NCBI GenBank assembly: GCA_951406725.2
Contig: OX597837.1
Location: 14,880,001-14,944,000, forward strand
Reading direction: 5' to 3'
Source of the DNA: Octopus vulgaris
Lineage: Eukaryota
Length of the DNA stretch: 64,000 nt
Positions 12,305 to 26,399 of the stretch are shown here, piece by piece. Each line of letters begins with the position of its first letter. Positions within the stretch are counted from its first letter, which is position 1. Both the position numbers and the translations under genes were made by a program. Below the pieces are notes generated by a model, which was not told the DNA's origin, searched no databases, and saw nothing but the letters and a program-made list of their open reading frames with translations.

Positions 12305-12775
12305 GAGGTGCTGATGTGGTTGTTTGGTTAAGAAGTTTGCTTGGTAACCATGTGGGTTTGGGTTCAGTTCACTCTTGTGGCGTCTTGGACAACTGTCTTC
12401 TGTTATGGCCTTGAGCCAATACCAGTGCCATGTAACTAAATTGAATAGTTGGAAACTGTATGGAAGCTTGTTTTATATATATATGTGTCTGTGTGTGTTT
12501 CTGTATGTATGTACGTGTGTGTGGGTGTGTTACTTTCTCTGTGTTTTGACTTCACATGGTTGTTGTAAACGAGTGTCACTGTCCTATAAGTGGTGTCCTT
12601 CGTTTCCAATCTTCCGTGAAGAACATATCTGGTTATGGGAGAATATTAGCTTCCTTAGAAACAGCTGAGGGTTGGCAGCAGGAAGAGCATTCAGTCGTAG
12701 GAAATTCACCTCAACAAATTCTGTCCAACCCATGCCAGCACGGAAAAGTGAACATTAAAACGATGATGATAATTA
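12305..12775 (+). mobile_element. SINE with family B-like head and RTE-type 3' tail (family F)
   Basis: tRNA/CORE-like head, (TG)n spacer, then CCAACCCATGCCAGCACGGAAAAG...(GAT)n. Similar copies at 14288-14720 (-), 21385-21772 (+), 48560-48980 (-) and 58270-58610 (+). Confidence 0.65.
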
Positions 12776-13269
12776 TGAAAGATAAAGAATGTATGTCTTT
12801 GTGTTTGTTCCTCCTCCCACCACTCAACAGCCAGTGTTAGTTTGTTTACATCCTCGTAACTTAGCAGTTCAGCAAAAGATATCAACAGAATAAGTACCAG
12901 ACTTTCAAAAAAAGTCCTGGGTCAATTTGTTCCACTCGACCCTTCCAGGTGGTGCTCCAGCATGACCGTGACCACAGTCCAGTGACTGAAACAAGTAAGA
13001 GATGTGTAGGCCATTATAAACAACCTCCTGACAGCGTGGCAGAGTAAAATAATGGTAGTAATTAGTAAGAATTAGTTTAACGAGGTATGAAATAATGGTT
13101 TAACCATCTGTTAATGTTTTACGAGGGAATCCATGATGGTTTGCAATGAATCCAAGAATTATTTTTTTTTCCAGGTAAAATTACATTTTCTTTCGTTCTG
13201 TCTGTTGGGTAAATTGGAACTTCTGTGAAATGGTATTTGGTACTGTCGGATAAAACAGAAATGCATGCA

Positions 13270-13440
13270 CATATATATTCATACACACACACGTATATAT
13301 TCACACACACACGTATATATTCATACACACACACGTATATATTCATACACACACGTATATATTCACACACACGGATATATTCACACGCACAACGTATATA
13401 TTCACACACACACATACGTATATATTCACACAGTGACACA
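13270..13440. repeat. Minisatellite of about 20 bp (ACACACGTATATATTC)
   Basis: Direct reading. Confidence 0.9.
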
Positions 13441-14526
13441 TGTATATATATGCACACATATATACACACTTAAACATATATATATATATATATAGTCACA
13501 CAAACATACATACATACGCACACACATGCATACATACACATGTGTGTATATGTATGTATATATATGTATGTAAACGTTTGTGTATGAGAGTGTGTGTATA
13601 TATAAATGTATATATATATATATAAAGTGTAAACATTGTGTGTAGAGCATGTTGTATACTGTTCTGTTGTTGGGGGATGAGAAACGGACTATCCTAGCAT
13701 CGGAAGATATTTCAACTTTATTCCCACACAGTTTCTATAGCAACAAGAAGGAACTAATATATTTCTTTATTTTTTCACATTTTTTTTATGATGATGATAA
13801 TGTCTGCGAGAAAGAAATATTTCTTCTCACTCAACAAACCTGAAAGGAAAAACTCCCAAACAACAAGAAAGAATTTACCATTTATTTTATTTTATTTTAT
13901 TTTTATTGTTTTCCTCCCTGTTTTGTGAAATTAGGGGTTACTTTCTGATCCTTCTTCTTCTTCTTCGTCTTCTGTCTACATATTTTATTCAAGCTCCATT
14001 CTTGTGTTAAATTCACCGAACAGCTCAGGCACCCAACATAAGTATCCTATGTAAGATAATACACGGAGGTGGGGGGGAGGGGAGAAGCTGTTAATAGGAA
14101 TCTAAACAGGAACACACCCTAAACTAAAATTCTGTTAATGAGTGAACCTGTAAAAAAAACAACAAACAAACAAGAAAAGTTTTTTTTTTCATTTTTGTTC
14201 TTATATTGTATTTTAATGCCTGAAAAACAAATTTGTATAACAATATGTACAGTATGTATGGCAGCATGCAACAGCATGTATATCCTTATCATCATCATCA
14301 TCATCATCATCTGCATAATCCATTTTTCCTTCCTTGCATGGATCAGATGGAATTTGTTGAAGCAATCTTTCTATGGCTGGATGCTCTTCCTGTTGTCAAC
14401 CCTCACCTGTTTCCAAGCAACGTCATATGTCCTCATGCCATGTTTTTCCACAGGAGACTGGCAACAAACAACATCACTGATACGATGATAGTGTTTATGA
14501 CCATCATGTGATATCAGGACAAGAGT

Positions 14527-14565
<39 letters not shown>

Positions 14566-15420
14566 GGGATTCTTTTAGTTTCCGTCTGCCAAATCCAGTC
14601 ACAAGGCTTTGGTTGGCCTGGGGCTATAGTAGAAGACATTGACCCAAACTATCACAGTGGAACTGAACCTGAGACCACATTGTTGGGAAGTTAACTTCTT
14701 AACCACACAGCTATGCATGCACCGAACAGAGAAGGAAGCAGAGAATGAGAGAATCATTCTCAGAGAGGCTGGCAGAATCAAAGACATGTCAAACAAAATT
14801 CTTTGTGGCATTCTTCCTGGTTCTTTACATTTCGGAGTTTGAATTCTGCTGAGGTCAGCTTTGCTGTTCGTCCATTTTGGAGGTCAATAAAATAAAGGAC
14901 CAGTCAAGGACTGGGGTCGATTCAATCAACTAACCCCACATCTCACTAAAACTGCCAGCATTGTGCCAATTTTTGGAACAACACTGGCAAGTTGGTAGAA
15001 TTTGTTAGAGTGTTGGATAAAATGCTTGAGTTTTTCTGTTCTAAGTTCAGATTCTGTTGAGGTTGACTTTACCTCTCGTCCTTCCAAGGTCACTGAAGTA
15101 AAGCACTAACCAAGCACTGGGGGTCAATGTAACAGACCTGCCCCCTCCTCTCACTGTTGCTGGCTTTGTGCCAAAGGGATAAAAGATTTATTGTTATTAC
15201 ATCAACTCCTGACAAACCTCAATTGGCAACCGTCCAGTGCAACTGTCACCGAGAGGAATGATGAGCTTTTAATGATAAACAGCAGAATACCAATCCTTCG
15301 TCTGTTTGTGTGTGTAATGTAAGTGATTGGCCTAGTGGTGAGGATGTTAAGTTTATGATTGTAACATTGCGAGTTCAATCCCTAGACTGGATGGCACATT
15401 GAGTCTTTGAGTAGAACATA

Positions 15421-15653
15421 CCTATTTCTTTACTACCCACAAGGGGCTAAACACAGAGGAGACAAACAAGGACAGACAGACGGATTAAGTCGATTACATC
15501 GACCCCAGTGTGTAACTGGTACTTATTTAATCGACCCCGAAAGGATGAAAGGCAAAGTCGACCTCGACGGAATTTGAACTCAGAACGTAATGGCAGACGA
15601 AATACGGCTACGCATTTCGCCCGGTGTGCTAACATTTCTGCCAGCTCACCGCC
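15421..15653 (-). mobile_element. SINE family A, full length, young, 15-bp TSD
   Basis: Head GGCGGTGAGCTGGCAGA and B box GAGTTCAAATTCC. TSD TTTGAGTAGAACATA at 15406-15420 and 15654-15668. It interrupts an older SINE (about 15325-15720). Confidence 0.9.
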
Positions 15654-15937
15654 TTTGAGTAGAACATATCGTTTCACTATACTTCAGTTTACTCAGCTGG
15701 ACAATGAGTATCCCGTGAGTACTGGTACTGCCTCACACACACTCTCTCTCCGTCTCTCTCTCTCTCTCTCTCTTCACCCGGTTGTCACATCATGGCTGTT
15801 TCATTTGGTCAAGAACGGGATAGTCAGGGGGGGAAGTAAAGTAATGGGGGAAATACTCAGAGAGTGGATGGACACCAGCATCCCTGATGCAAGAAGCCAC
15901 AAGGTTCTTTTAATTAAAACTAAACTCTTAGTAATTG

Positions 15938-16335
15938 GTGCAAGCATGGCTGTGTGGTAAGAGATTTGCTTCCCAACCCCATGGTTCCGGGTTCAGTCCT
16001 GCTGCTTGGTACCTTGGGTAAGTGTCTTCTACTGTATCCTCAAGATGACCAAAGCCTTGTGAGTGGATTTGGTAAAGAGAAACTGAAAAGAAGCCCATCA
16101 TGTGTATGTGTCTTTGTGTTTGTCCCCCCCCCCCCCGTTACCACTTGACAACTGGTGCTGGTTTGTTTACATCCCATAACATAACAGTTCAGCTAAAGAG
16201 ATCGAGAGAATAAATACCAGGCTTAAAAAAAATAATTACTGGTGGGTGGGGTTGATTCATTCGACTAAAACCCTTCAATGTGGTGCCCCAGCATGGCCAC
16301 AGTCCAGTCACTGAAACAAAAGATAAAAGATAAAC
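15938..16335 (+). mobile_element. SINE family B, near full length
   Basis: Head, CORE-like motif, TG spacer and (AAAAGAT)n tail. Confidence 0.85.
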
Positions 16336-18027
16336 AATCATTGTTTCAATAATTAATTCTGGTCAACAAAGGCAAGGGAGGCAAATCTTGGAAGTAAATG
16401 AATCAAAAGGAGTTAAAAGTTGACTACAGTGAGGAGTGAGTTTGATCTTTGATAGAAGAGTGACAACTCTAGGCATGTTTCAATGTTATTAGACCTCTTC
16501 AGCAACACATGTAACCGTTATTGTTTGTCATTGCCCCACACATATACACACTGCTTGATAATTAGCATGTTGGTTTGTTTGACCCCTTAGCATTTAAACC
16601 AGCCATATCCAGCCCATATATTCTGTTTTATGTCCAAACCTACAAGGGACCGGCTTCCTGCACCTGCCTTACAAGGTTGTTTTAAGAATAACCAGTCACA
16701 TCACTGAAATCCCAAAGCTGCAAGATAATCCAGGATTAATTCAAAACCCCGAAACAATGAACATTACATTTGACCAAATAATCTCAGCATTCGGTCATGG
16801 AGTGAATTAAACTTGTACTGCAAGGTATCACTGTATTTTGAATATATTGAATAAGAATAGACACACACACATCACTTGTGAGAGCGTCTGTGTTTGTCTA
16901 TCTGTGTGTGTGTGTGTGTGCTACAAGTGTATGTATGTGTGTCCTCAGTTTAAAATAGAGACTGCATTCCTTCCTGCTTGTTCTGAGAAGTGACTAAAAA
17001 CATTAGCGACAAAAAGCAGCGTCCGGCTATGAAACATCTCAACAAAACCGTCCGACCATGGCCATATGGAAAAGCGGATGTAAAATACTGGTGGTGATGC
17101 ATTTGTGTGAATGTGTACATCTGCAGTGGTGTGTATGAATGTGTGCATACACAGTGTGGTGGCGGGGGCGGGGACAGGTTTTTAGACCAAGTACATCATG
17201 TCTCTGCCTAAGAAGTAACGAGGTTGGCTTCAAGAGAGGCACCTGGTTGTGAATGTGAAATACTGCCCTTTAGGGTTAGGGTTCCATCCAACACATGCTG
17301 ACATGGAAAAGCAGATGTGAGGATGATACAATATAACGCATATGTGCATATATATATTCATACATACACACATGTACATATACATACATACACACATGTA
17401 CATATACATACATATATACACACATACATATACACACACACACACATATATATATTATATATATATATTCATATATACACACATGCACATATATATACAC
17501 ACACCTTTATACAGTTTTATGTTCTCATACCATTACTATATACACATCTCCAAACCCACCTCACTTTTATCACTCCCTAATAAATACACCTCTACAATCT
17601 ACACCCCCAAAATTACCCCAAAAAATCTGTCATGCCTCCACCCCACCCCCACCCCACCACCCACACACATTAAAGTGCAATATGCAAATGACAGAATGTA
17701 TTTATTTAAAGAATTCCTGTAGAATAAAAGAGGAAGCCGGCTACCGTTTCTATTTTCATCAGCTGCCACTCATTGTGGTAGATCAATATTTTTACTACCA
17801 ACCAAGAGATATTGTCCCAGCATAGTTTATCTGCAGAAGAAGTTTATGATTGCTCGCTGAGAATAATAATGAGTCAGCCATCGTTTTGGTAACCGGATGA
17901 TACACCAGCAAAACTCAATACCACTTCGTTCATCCTGGGTTTTGACATGAGTCATTTGCTCATCGTGTACGTCTATCGGTTTATCTCTCTTTCCCGTTTG
18001 CTAGTTATTCATCACTATGTCTATGTA

Positions 18028-18059
<32 letters not shown>

Positions 18060-18228
18060 CCTGTCTGTCTCTCGTTCTATCTGTCATCCGGTCTGTCTGT
18101 CTGTTTGTCAATCTTGCCATACCCAGACAGCTATGTACCTATCTGTCTGTCTACCAATTTCTCTGTCGGTCTATATCCATAAAACAGTCAACCTGTCTAG
18201 TTTATATGTCTAACTATCTTTCCATCTC

Positions 18229-18264
<36 letters not shown>

Positions 18265-18799
18265 ATCTATCTATCTATCTCCCATCGTACATGATGTTCT
18301 CAGTATTTCATTTCTCTTTGGTGATATTTTAAAATTGATACACACCATTTAATACAGGAGATGGTATTGGTGGTGGTGGTGGTGGTCGTGTTGTGGTTGA
18401 CTGCTAGGTCAACACTGATTCAGCAGATATACATTATCCTCTCTATTGTTTTCTCCCTTAAGATGATAGGATATTGATGTGAGGGGAAATTTGGCTGTTA
18501 TTTCTAGTGAATTGAGTGATCCCTTGGTGGTGTGGTGATATTCTATAATGTGGTTTTGTATGCTATGCTATAGGTACCAGTAAGACTCTGGGGTCAATTT
18601 CCTTGGCTAACACCTGTGTCTCAGAAGCAAAAGACTAAGACAGACAATCACTCATAAATCATTTTGATTCTATTTACTCTTTAATCTTTTGACGTCAATC
18701 TGCCTGAAACTGCACCTAGGGCTACAATGCAAATTTCCTGTTTAAAAGTTATCTTATTAAATTTCTAATTAGTTTCAAAATTAATCAACACAAAGGTAC

Positions 18800-19175
18800 C
18801 TGGAGAGTACCTGTGGAAGGGGTAGACCCAGGAAGATGTAGAACAAAGTGGTGAGAAAGGATCTTTGGATGCTGGGCCCCACTGAGGAAATGTCAAGGGA
18901 CCTGGCGATGTGTCTTCCACACATACAGGCTTCTCCTTTCAGGTGCCAGTGCCACTTAAAAGGCTCCTGTGCAGATGCTGTGTAAATGCACGTGTGCCAG
19001 TGGCACATAAAAAGCACCCAGCACACTCTGTAAAGTGGTTGGCATTAGGAAGGGCATCCAGCTGTAGAAACCATGGCCACAACAGACAGTTGGAGTCTGG
19101 ACAGCTCCCTGCTAACCAGCACCATGTCAAACCGTCCAATCCATGACAGCATGGAAAGCAGACACTAAATGATGA
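18800..19175 (+). mobile_element. RTE LINE ORF C-terminus plus family C tail
   Basis: Translates ESTCGRGRPRKM*NKVVRKDLWMLGPTEEM (RGRP..W...V..DL motif of RTE ORF ends), followed by the family C UTR. Confidence 0.75.
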
Positions 19176-20566
19176 AAGGCAGTGTATTTCAACAAATATG
19201 GTAACAAAAGGGTTAAAGTGATCTAAATTAAAATCTTCCATCAGAATCTCTCGTTAATCTATATTCCAAAAACCAGCTTAATTACAACAAAGATTTTTTT
19301 TTCTAAATTCTTTGTTATTATAAAAATTAATTGAAATAGAAGACTGCATATTTCAACATTTCAAGAAATGTGGGAACAAAAGGGTTAAGGGCAGCTGACT
19401 GTGTGATACCCCAATAAGTAAAATTATTCCATGTGAGGAACAGGAACTGCCAGCTTTGAAAGACACCGTGATGGAACATTACCACAGAAATCCTATAAAT
19501 AGCCGGAGACATGGTACGTTCATCGCAATGTCTGACACAAGTTGGCATAAGAAAAAAGGAATGGAAGAAAGAAAGAAAGAAAGAAGACAGTAACTCACTA
19601 ATTGTATGCAATTATCCACAGCCATGATTTGGTACATTAGCGCCACCCTAGTAGACGTCCCACCCCACACACTGTTTTCCAGTACTCTTGAATGCTACCC
19701 TTAATGAAGACAACTTTCTTGTGTAGCTCTGACATGAAGCAGTCTACTTTCAGGTTCTTGATTTTACTTCAGATTAGTCATTTCCAGAAATAGAAAAATA
19801 TGTTCTGCTCTGTCAAGGAATATATTCCCATGGTGTTCTAAATTCTTCAGTATTTCTATAAACTGATTAGGAGACTAATCTCTCTCTCTCTCTTTGGTAT
19901 TTTCGTTGAGATTATCTCCTCTATATATCCAAACTATTAGTTTTTTTTTTTTCTATCATATTCTGTATTATATGAACTTAACGAACCAGCTGCCTTTATT
20001 CAGTTGCTCAATTTGGTAGAAATAACAGCTAAATCTTCATTGAATCACACCCTACGTAAATGTACTTATCTGTGTCTCTACGTTTAATGGTTCAATAAGT
20101 GGAGATTGCTAAAATAAGCACTGAAGTCAATGTGACTAAATCTTCGAAGGCAGTGCTCCAGTATGGCTCTAAGTCCAATGACTAAAATCGATTAAAGAAT
20201 TAAAAACAAAAAATTATAGTTGATGGTGAAGATTTGATTAAGACAATAATCAATAACTTTTGTTGTTGTATTATTCCTGTCAATCCTGATTGAACAGACC
20301 TATGATCAAACGTGTTAGCTGTTTTTGTTTTTTTTCCCCCTAGGCATAGTGTACCTAGAATTACATGCATCATCTGTACACATCCATTTATCTTTCCTTG
20401 CATAAATTGAGTGGATTTTTTTTAGTCTTCCATCTTGCCACTGATTTTGGTCTTTTGGCATCTCTTTCACGACTTTGCTCAACTTTTCCTGCTGCTTGAA
20501 CTTTTCCCTCCTTGTTCTTAATTTGGTTACCATGTTTTTGTAACCCCTTCCTCCACTGAAGCTGAA

Positions 20567-21010
20567 TTACTTAAGCCCTTCGCTCTCCATGGAACATAGG
20601 CCACTGGTGACTTTTCTCCACTATGCTCAACTTTGGGCCCTCTGTTCTGCTTCTCCCAAGTTAGATCCCTGCTTTTTCAGCTCTGCCTCAATATCCTACC
20701 TCCAACTATTTTTAGGGTGTCCTCTCCTCTGCCTCATTTCTAAGCATATGTTACCCCACAAGAAGGTTTTCCTCTCTCGGATCATGTTGGCTTTGAGCTG
20801 TCATTGATGCTTCTGTAACTATACTCTTTTTTTTCTAGATGGGTTGTTGGCCCTAAGCAAACCCTTTTTTATCTCTGGGAAGAGGGGTCCATATTAGTCT
20901 GGCTTCTATCCTATGACCTGTTCAGCATAAGAAGCCATACCAGGTTGTCTTTTGCTGGCATGGCTCTCACGACTGAGTCACACAAGCCACCATACCACAA
21001 CAAGAGCTGG
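20567..21010 (-). mobile_element. Internally deleted (bipartite) RTE element: 5' UTR fused to ORF C-terminus
   Basis: The minus strand begins CTTGTTGTGG..GGCTTGTGTGACTCA..GAGCCATGCC and carries GGGCCAACAACCC..AAAAA..GTTACAGAA (RTE 5' motifs). It ends RRGHPKNSWR*DIEAELKKQG...WRKVTSGLCS. Confidence 0.65.
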
Positions 21011-23589
21011 ATCATTGAAACAAACCTATTACCTATTTCTGGGGACTCCACCATGTATTTCAAAGAATTTATTCCACAAGTGCTTTTACTGCTAATTCTT
21101 CTCTTCAACTTTTGTTATGTAGGAACTCCTTTTCTCTCAGATTGTCTGTGATTCCGCTATACCGCTTATGTATCCACAGTTCCAATCGGGTACAACATTT
21201 ACCATTCCTACTCACTCTTTTTCTGTGTATTGTGCTTGGCCATTTCTCAGATGACAGTAGAATCCTGTTCTCCTTGCAGAATAAAATTCTTGCTGTTTTT
21301 TAGTTTCTCTTTGACTTCTTTTGATTCTAGGTTTTACTTCCTTGTTTGGAATTTCTTCTCAAATTCTTTGATAGATTTAGCTATAGATGCTGGTATGACT
21401 ATGTGGTTAAGAACCTTGCTTCCCAAATATATGGTCTTGGTTTCAATTCCACTGTGTGGTACCTTGAGTAAAAGTGTCTTCTATTATGGCCCCAGGCCAA
21501 CAAAAGCCTTGTACGGGAATTTGGTAGATAGAAACTGAAAGAAGCCCATTGTATATGTGTGTATGTCTCTCTTTGTCCTGTCATCGTGTGATTGTCATTC
21601 ATTTCCAGTAATCTGTGGAAACATGTTTGACCATGGCGGAATATTTCCTTGTTTGGAAACAAGTCAAGGTTGGCAACAGGAAAGGCATCTGGTCAGAGAA
21701 AATCTGCCTCAACAAACTCGATCTAACTCATGCAAGCTTGGAAAAATGGATATTAAATGATGATGATGATGGTATGTGTGTGTGTCTGTGTGTGTGTATA
21801 TATATATACACACTTAATTACGAATGAGAAAATAACGATGTCAAGATGGTGGTGGCAGTAGTGGTTAATTAAGTTAAAATGTTTTTTATATTGGGAATGA
21901 CAGCAAATGAAGCTGACAAGTTCTTCTTGAATGGATGGTGCTCTGCTCTGCTCTGGTATTCCACTGCCTCTAAGCAATGTTTTGTTTCCTTATTTTTTTT
22001 GCTCTGGGTTCCTGTAGTTTACCATTGAAACAATCCCCTTCCACCATTAACAAAGGAATGTAACCTATTCTGGAGCACTTGTTCCAGCTCACTAGATCAG
22101 AATTAATTCCATACAAAGAAGGAATTTGGTTCCATTTTGCTTTTCATCAAAACACAAACTGGGCTATGATTTTTAATAAAGGGGTCCTTAGATGTTTCTG
22201 TTATTAAATAATAACGTTCTGGCATTGAGTTGTTTTCTATTCTCCAGTCTCTTTTCATTTGGTGCTTCATCTCATCTCCATCCAAATATTTCTCCAGCAC
22301 CTATATTCCACCCCACCCCCCATCTCTCTCGGTAATTTGCTTCCTGTTCTCATATTCACACATTGGTTACTGAATCTTTAACGCCACAAATGATGTTATA
22401 TTTCGGTGGTGCCGTAGTCTCTTGTAGCCTCCCTCGTTCTACTTATGTCTGGAAAAATCTCAGTCACCACCAACCCCTATCCTCACCCCCCACCCCCAAC
22501 ATCACTACTTCTGATCAATATGTAATAATAAGCTATCCAGGACATCTGTTGAACATTAATTTCATGTGATTCACATTAAAATTACACCTAACATTAGATA
22601 AGCCAAACCCATCCGAAGTATCACAGAATGGTCATTAAATCAAGATTTGGTTATTAAACAAATATACAAGGATATACATTTAACAGCTTACTTCCTCAGG
22701 TGACACTGAATTAAGATATTAAATCTGTATTACAAACCAAAGCTGAACTAATCTCTTCTGTCAGACAATTCCTTACTCAGCTTTTAACAATGACTTCGAG
22801 ACATCACTCTTCACTTTTGTATATTTTTTTTTTTAAGTATTTGCTTCGAAACACAATTTTCTCATTCAAACCTAAGTCATTTCTAAAAATGGAAGTATTG
22901 GAGGGGAGGGGCACCAATTGCTAATAAAAGATGTTTGCACAGTCAAAGCTGTTTTTTTTTTCTTCTTTTGAGAGGGGTGGGTATTTGAGGGGGTATTGTC
23001 TGTGGCAGACACAGTAGTTCCTACACTGATTGCAATAACATATGCTAAAAACCAATTTTCCTAATGTCATTTCAGAGATATGAAAATACTTTTCTTTTCC
23101 ATTCTCATATTCAGGTACCACCCATATTCTGGAGTTTCCTTTTTATCTCATTCTGTTTGATTTAAACTTCTTCGAATTTTAAAAGAAAATAATAATAATA
23201 ATAAACCTCTACCTAAAATTATCAATTATACTTTCAAATCTTCTCCCATTTTCTCTTTCATTAACCATAATTTTCTTCTTGGAATTTTTTTTTATTCCTA
23301 TCTTTTATCAGAATTTATTCTCACATAATCTTTAAACATTTTGCAGATTTTTTCCATAAATACTTTTAACTCATTTGTATATTACTATCCTTTAAACAAT
23401 CAACGTTCTAGAACATATTTTTCTCCCCTTGTCTGACTTCTCCAAAACCGATCCCACTTAGTTTGCTTCTTGTCACATGACTCAAAGCTGTTTTAAAATA
23501 TTTTAATTAAAACTTTTCATCATAATTTAATGAAAGAAAATTTTGTTAATTCGTGATCCAAACAGCAGCTTAATAACAAAACAGTTATT

Positions 23590-24127
23590 TCATCAATTCA
23601 TCCATCTTCCCTGTCCCCTATTCCTTCAAAGGTCATGGAGGGAGAATCCTCAGGCACCTCCTCCATAGGGTCCTATCAGAAGCAACTGTTATTACAGTTC
23701 CTGGTTAGGAAGGGCATCCAGCTGTAGAAACTGCCAAATCAAGATTGGAGCCTGGTGCAGCCATCTGGTTCACCAGCCCTCAGTCAAAATCGTCCAACCC
23801 ATACTAGCATGGAAAGTGGACGTTAAACGATGATGATGATGATGATTCCCAAGTCTGACCGACTGAGATTATGGATATTATCCAACCATCTCGTTCTTGG
23901 TCTTCATCTAAGTCTCCTGTTGGTTGGCTCAGTTTGAAGAATCCCTCTTGTGATTCTTCCCTATGGTATTCTAACCAAATGTCCATAGTAACGGAACCGT
24001 AATCTCAATATGAAGAAGTAGCGGATCAACATGGAGAGATTCCCTTTTCTCTGATTTATGCATCTTCTCAAGTAATGTTATTCCAGAGGCCATTTGCAGG
24101 AACCCCATTTTGGCTGCTTCTATTCTA
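23590..24127 (-). mobile_element. Expander-like RTE-clade LINE 3' fragment, interrupted by a family C copy (23702-23846, +)
   Basis: Minus translation RIEAAKMGFL...SLHVDPLLLHIE...YYGHLVRIP...RPRTRWLDNI...DRTLWRRCLRILPP with a GATGGATG tail; stops and frameshifts present. Confidence 0.75.
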
Positions 24128-25262
24128 AAACATTGGCATATTTCAAGAATATGGTAATGAGATGTTTAATTTTAGTCACTAAAGAAAAATGTTAATTTAT
24201 ACACCCATTCAAAGTTCTACACATCAGTTCCCTCTCTTCATGTGCCATGCCTCCAAGCACTGGCAAGCATAAGCATTCTTGCCAAAGTCTGAAGATTCCT
24301 GATTTTTGTTGGGAATCTTCTTACAACAAAGGTTTCTCTTTGCCTTTATTCGTCTCCTCTTCTCACAAGTTTACCTTTGACACACAAGGCTTATTTAATT
24401 CTTAGGCAGGGGGTTGGCTTATTTGACATCAAAGTGCATGCCCACGCACTACTGGACCTGTGTGGCGCATGTCCAGGGGCTAGGTCTCCTCTGTGTCTTG
24501 TGTGCCTTAGCCATCACATGAACATCATATGCTTTTGTGACCCAACTGAGCAAGTGCTGCATCCATTCAGGCATTCCTGCCCCACTCATCTTTCTTAATT
24601 TCAACCACCTGAGGTCCTATACTGACCACTACTCTAGGTCCATTTTATTCAGAATGTTGGTCCTCTGGAAGTTCCTTGTTGCTCATTGCAAGTCAACAAC
24701 ATCCGTAGCTGTTGACTTGCAATGATTTACGACTATCTGCAAATACATCAATCTCACCAGTCTAGTGGGCGGGGGGTGGGGAGCCTGCAAAGGCCCTTCA
24801 TACTGTCCCTTCCTCTAGACACAGCACTTAAAAGATTAAAGAAAGAAAAAAAGTTTGTCCAGTTAAGTATAATCAAGGGTTAAACAATATCAACAACAAC
24901 AACACACATAATTAATTAAAACCATCTTCATTTAATTTAATACTAATCTCCTCATTAAATGCCTTTATATCTGAGATGAGTTGCTGTTAATAAGATAATT
25001 TTTCAGACTAATTAACCCAATTTTAAGTTATGAAGCATTTGTTTGTTTTTATTTATATTTACAAGTTCATTGCGTTATGATCAGTTTAATCTCTGATCCT
25101 CATCTGCCGTCTTATTCCTTGGTGTTGCTCGACGTCTGATGACATCATCAGATGTCTTATTTCTTGATATGTCTCCTGGAACCAAAAAGAGACGATTGGG
25201 CACAGCTGTTTGGACGCTGGCAATTTGGCACGGCTGACTGGGCGCTGAACCTGTTGCGACAT

Positions 25263-25630
25263 ACTCTTTTACTCTCTTTTACTTGTTTCAGTCATTTGGC
25301 TGTGGCCATGCTGGAGCACCGCCTTTAGTCGAGCAAATCGACCCCATGACTTATTCTTTGTAAGCCTAGTACTTATTCTATTGGTCTCTTTTGTCGAACT
25401 GCTAAGTCACGGGGACGTAAACACAGCAGCATCGGTTGTCAAGCGATGTTGGAGAACAGACACACACACGATGGGCTTCTTTCAGTTTCTGCCTACCAAA
25501 TCCACTCACAAGGCTTTGGTTGGCCCGAGGCTACAGTAGAAGACACTTGCTCAAGGTGCCATGCAGTGGGAATGAACCCGGAACCATTTGGTTGGTAAGC
25601 AAGCTATTTACCACACAGCCACTCCTGCAC
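25263..25630 (-). mobile_element. SINE family B, full length
   Basis: (TACTCTTT)n tail on +; head ends ACCACACAGCCACTCCTGCACC. Confidence 0.9.
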
Positions 25631-26399
25631 CTAGTGTGCATTACATATAATTTAAAATAGTTTGATTTGGTCTCAAGCAACTTAGCCTACAAAGTTGCAT
25701 GGTGTTGAATCAAACTGTTTTATATAATAATAATAATACTAAAGGGTTAAGCCCTTAATCTTGCAAGTTACAAAGCAACCCCTCTAATACTGGTCCCATA
25801 TAAAAGCCAACAGCCCTCAGTACCCTCTGTAAAACGGTTGGCATTAGGAAGGGCATCCAGCTGTAGAAATCATACCAACTCAAACATTGGAGCCTGATGC
25901 AGCCAACAGGGGTAATCTTTACCTGATTGCTTGCTCTGCTAGAAATAACAACCAAATAACCCTCACGCATTGTAGGGGCCAAGTAGTTAAGAAGTTTACT
26001 TTGTGACTACATGGTTTTGGGTTCACTCCCAGAGCACAGCACTTGGGTAAGTAATGGAAACTGTGAAAGCCTGTTGTGTGTATGTGTGTGTCCGTCCACT
26101 CTTTGACAACTAGTGTTTCTTTCTGTCCACATAACTTAGCAGTTTGGCAAAAGGGAGACTGATAGACTGAGGGCCAAACTTAGAATAATTCCTGGGATTG
26201 ATTTGTTCTGCTAAATCCTTCATGACTGAAACAAGTAAAAGATACAAGATAGAAGAATCTTTGAGCAATGTGGTCATGTGTCAGAGGAGGAGGTCATGAT
26301 CGGAATGCTTTCTAATCACAGGTCAGCTGGATCAGGGCTGACTTTGAAGTGTGAGGCGCCAGACGACAAAAACCTTAAAGGTGACTAAATCTTGGGGTA

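Noticed and set aside
15508-15960. Recurrent peptide RKDERQSRPRRNLNSER suggesting a gene family
   Set aside because: It is the antisense translation of SINE family A and appears at each copy.
17268-17283. TTAGGG repeats (also CCCTAA near 33467)
   Set aside because: Only about two units each, expected by chance.
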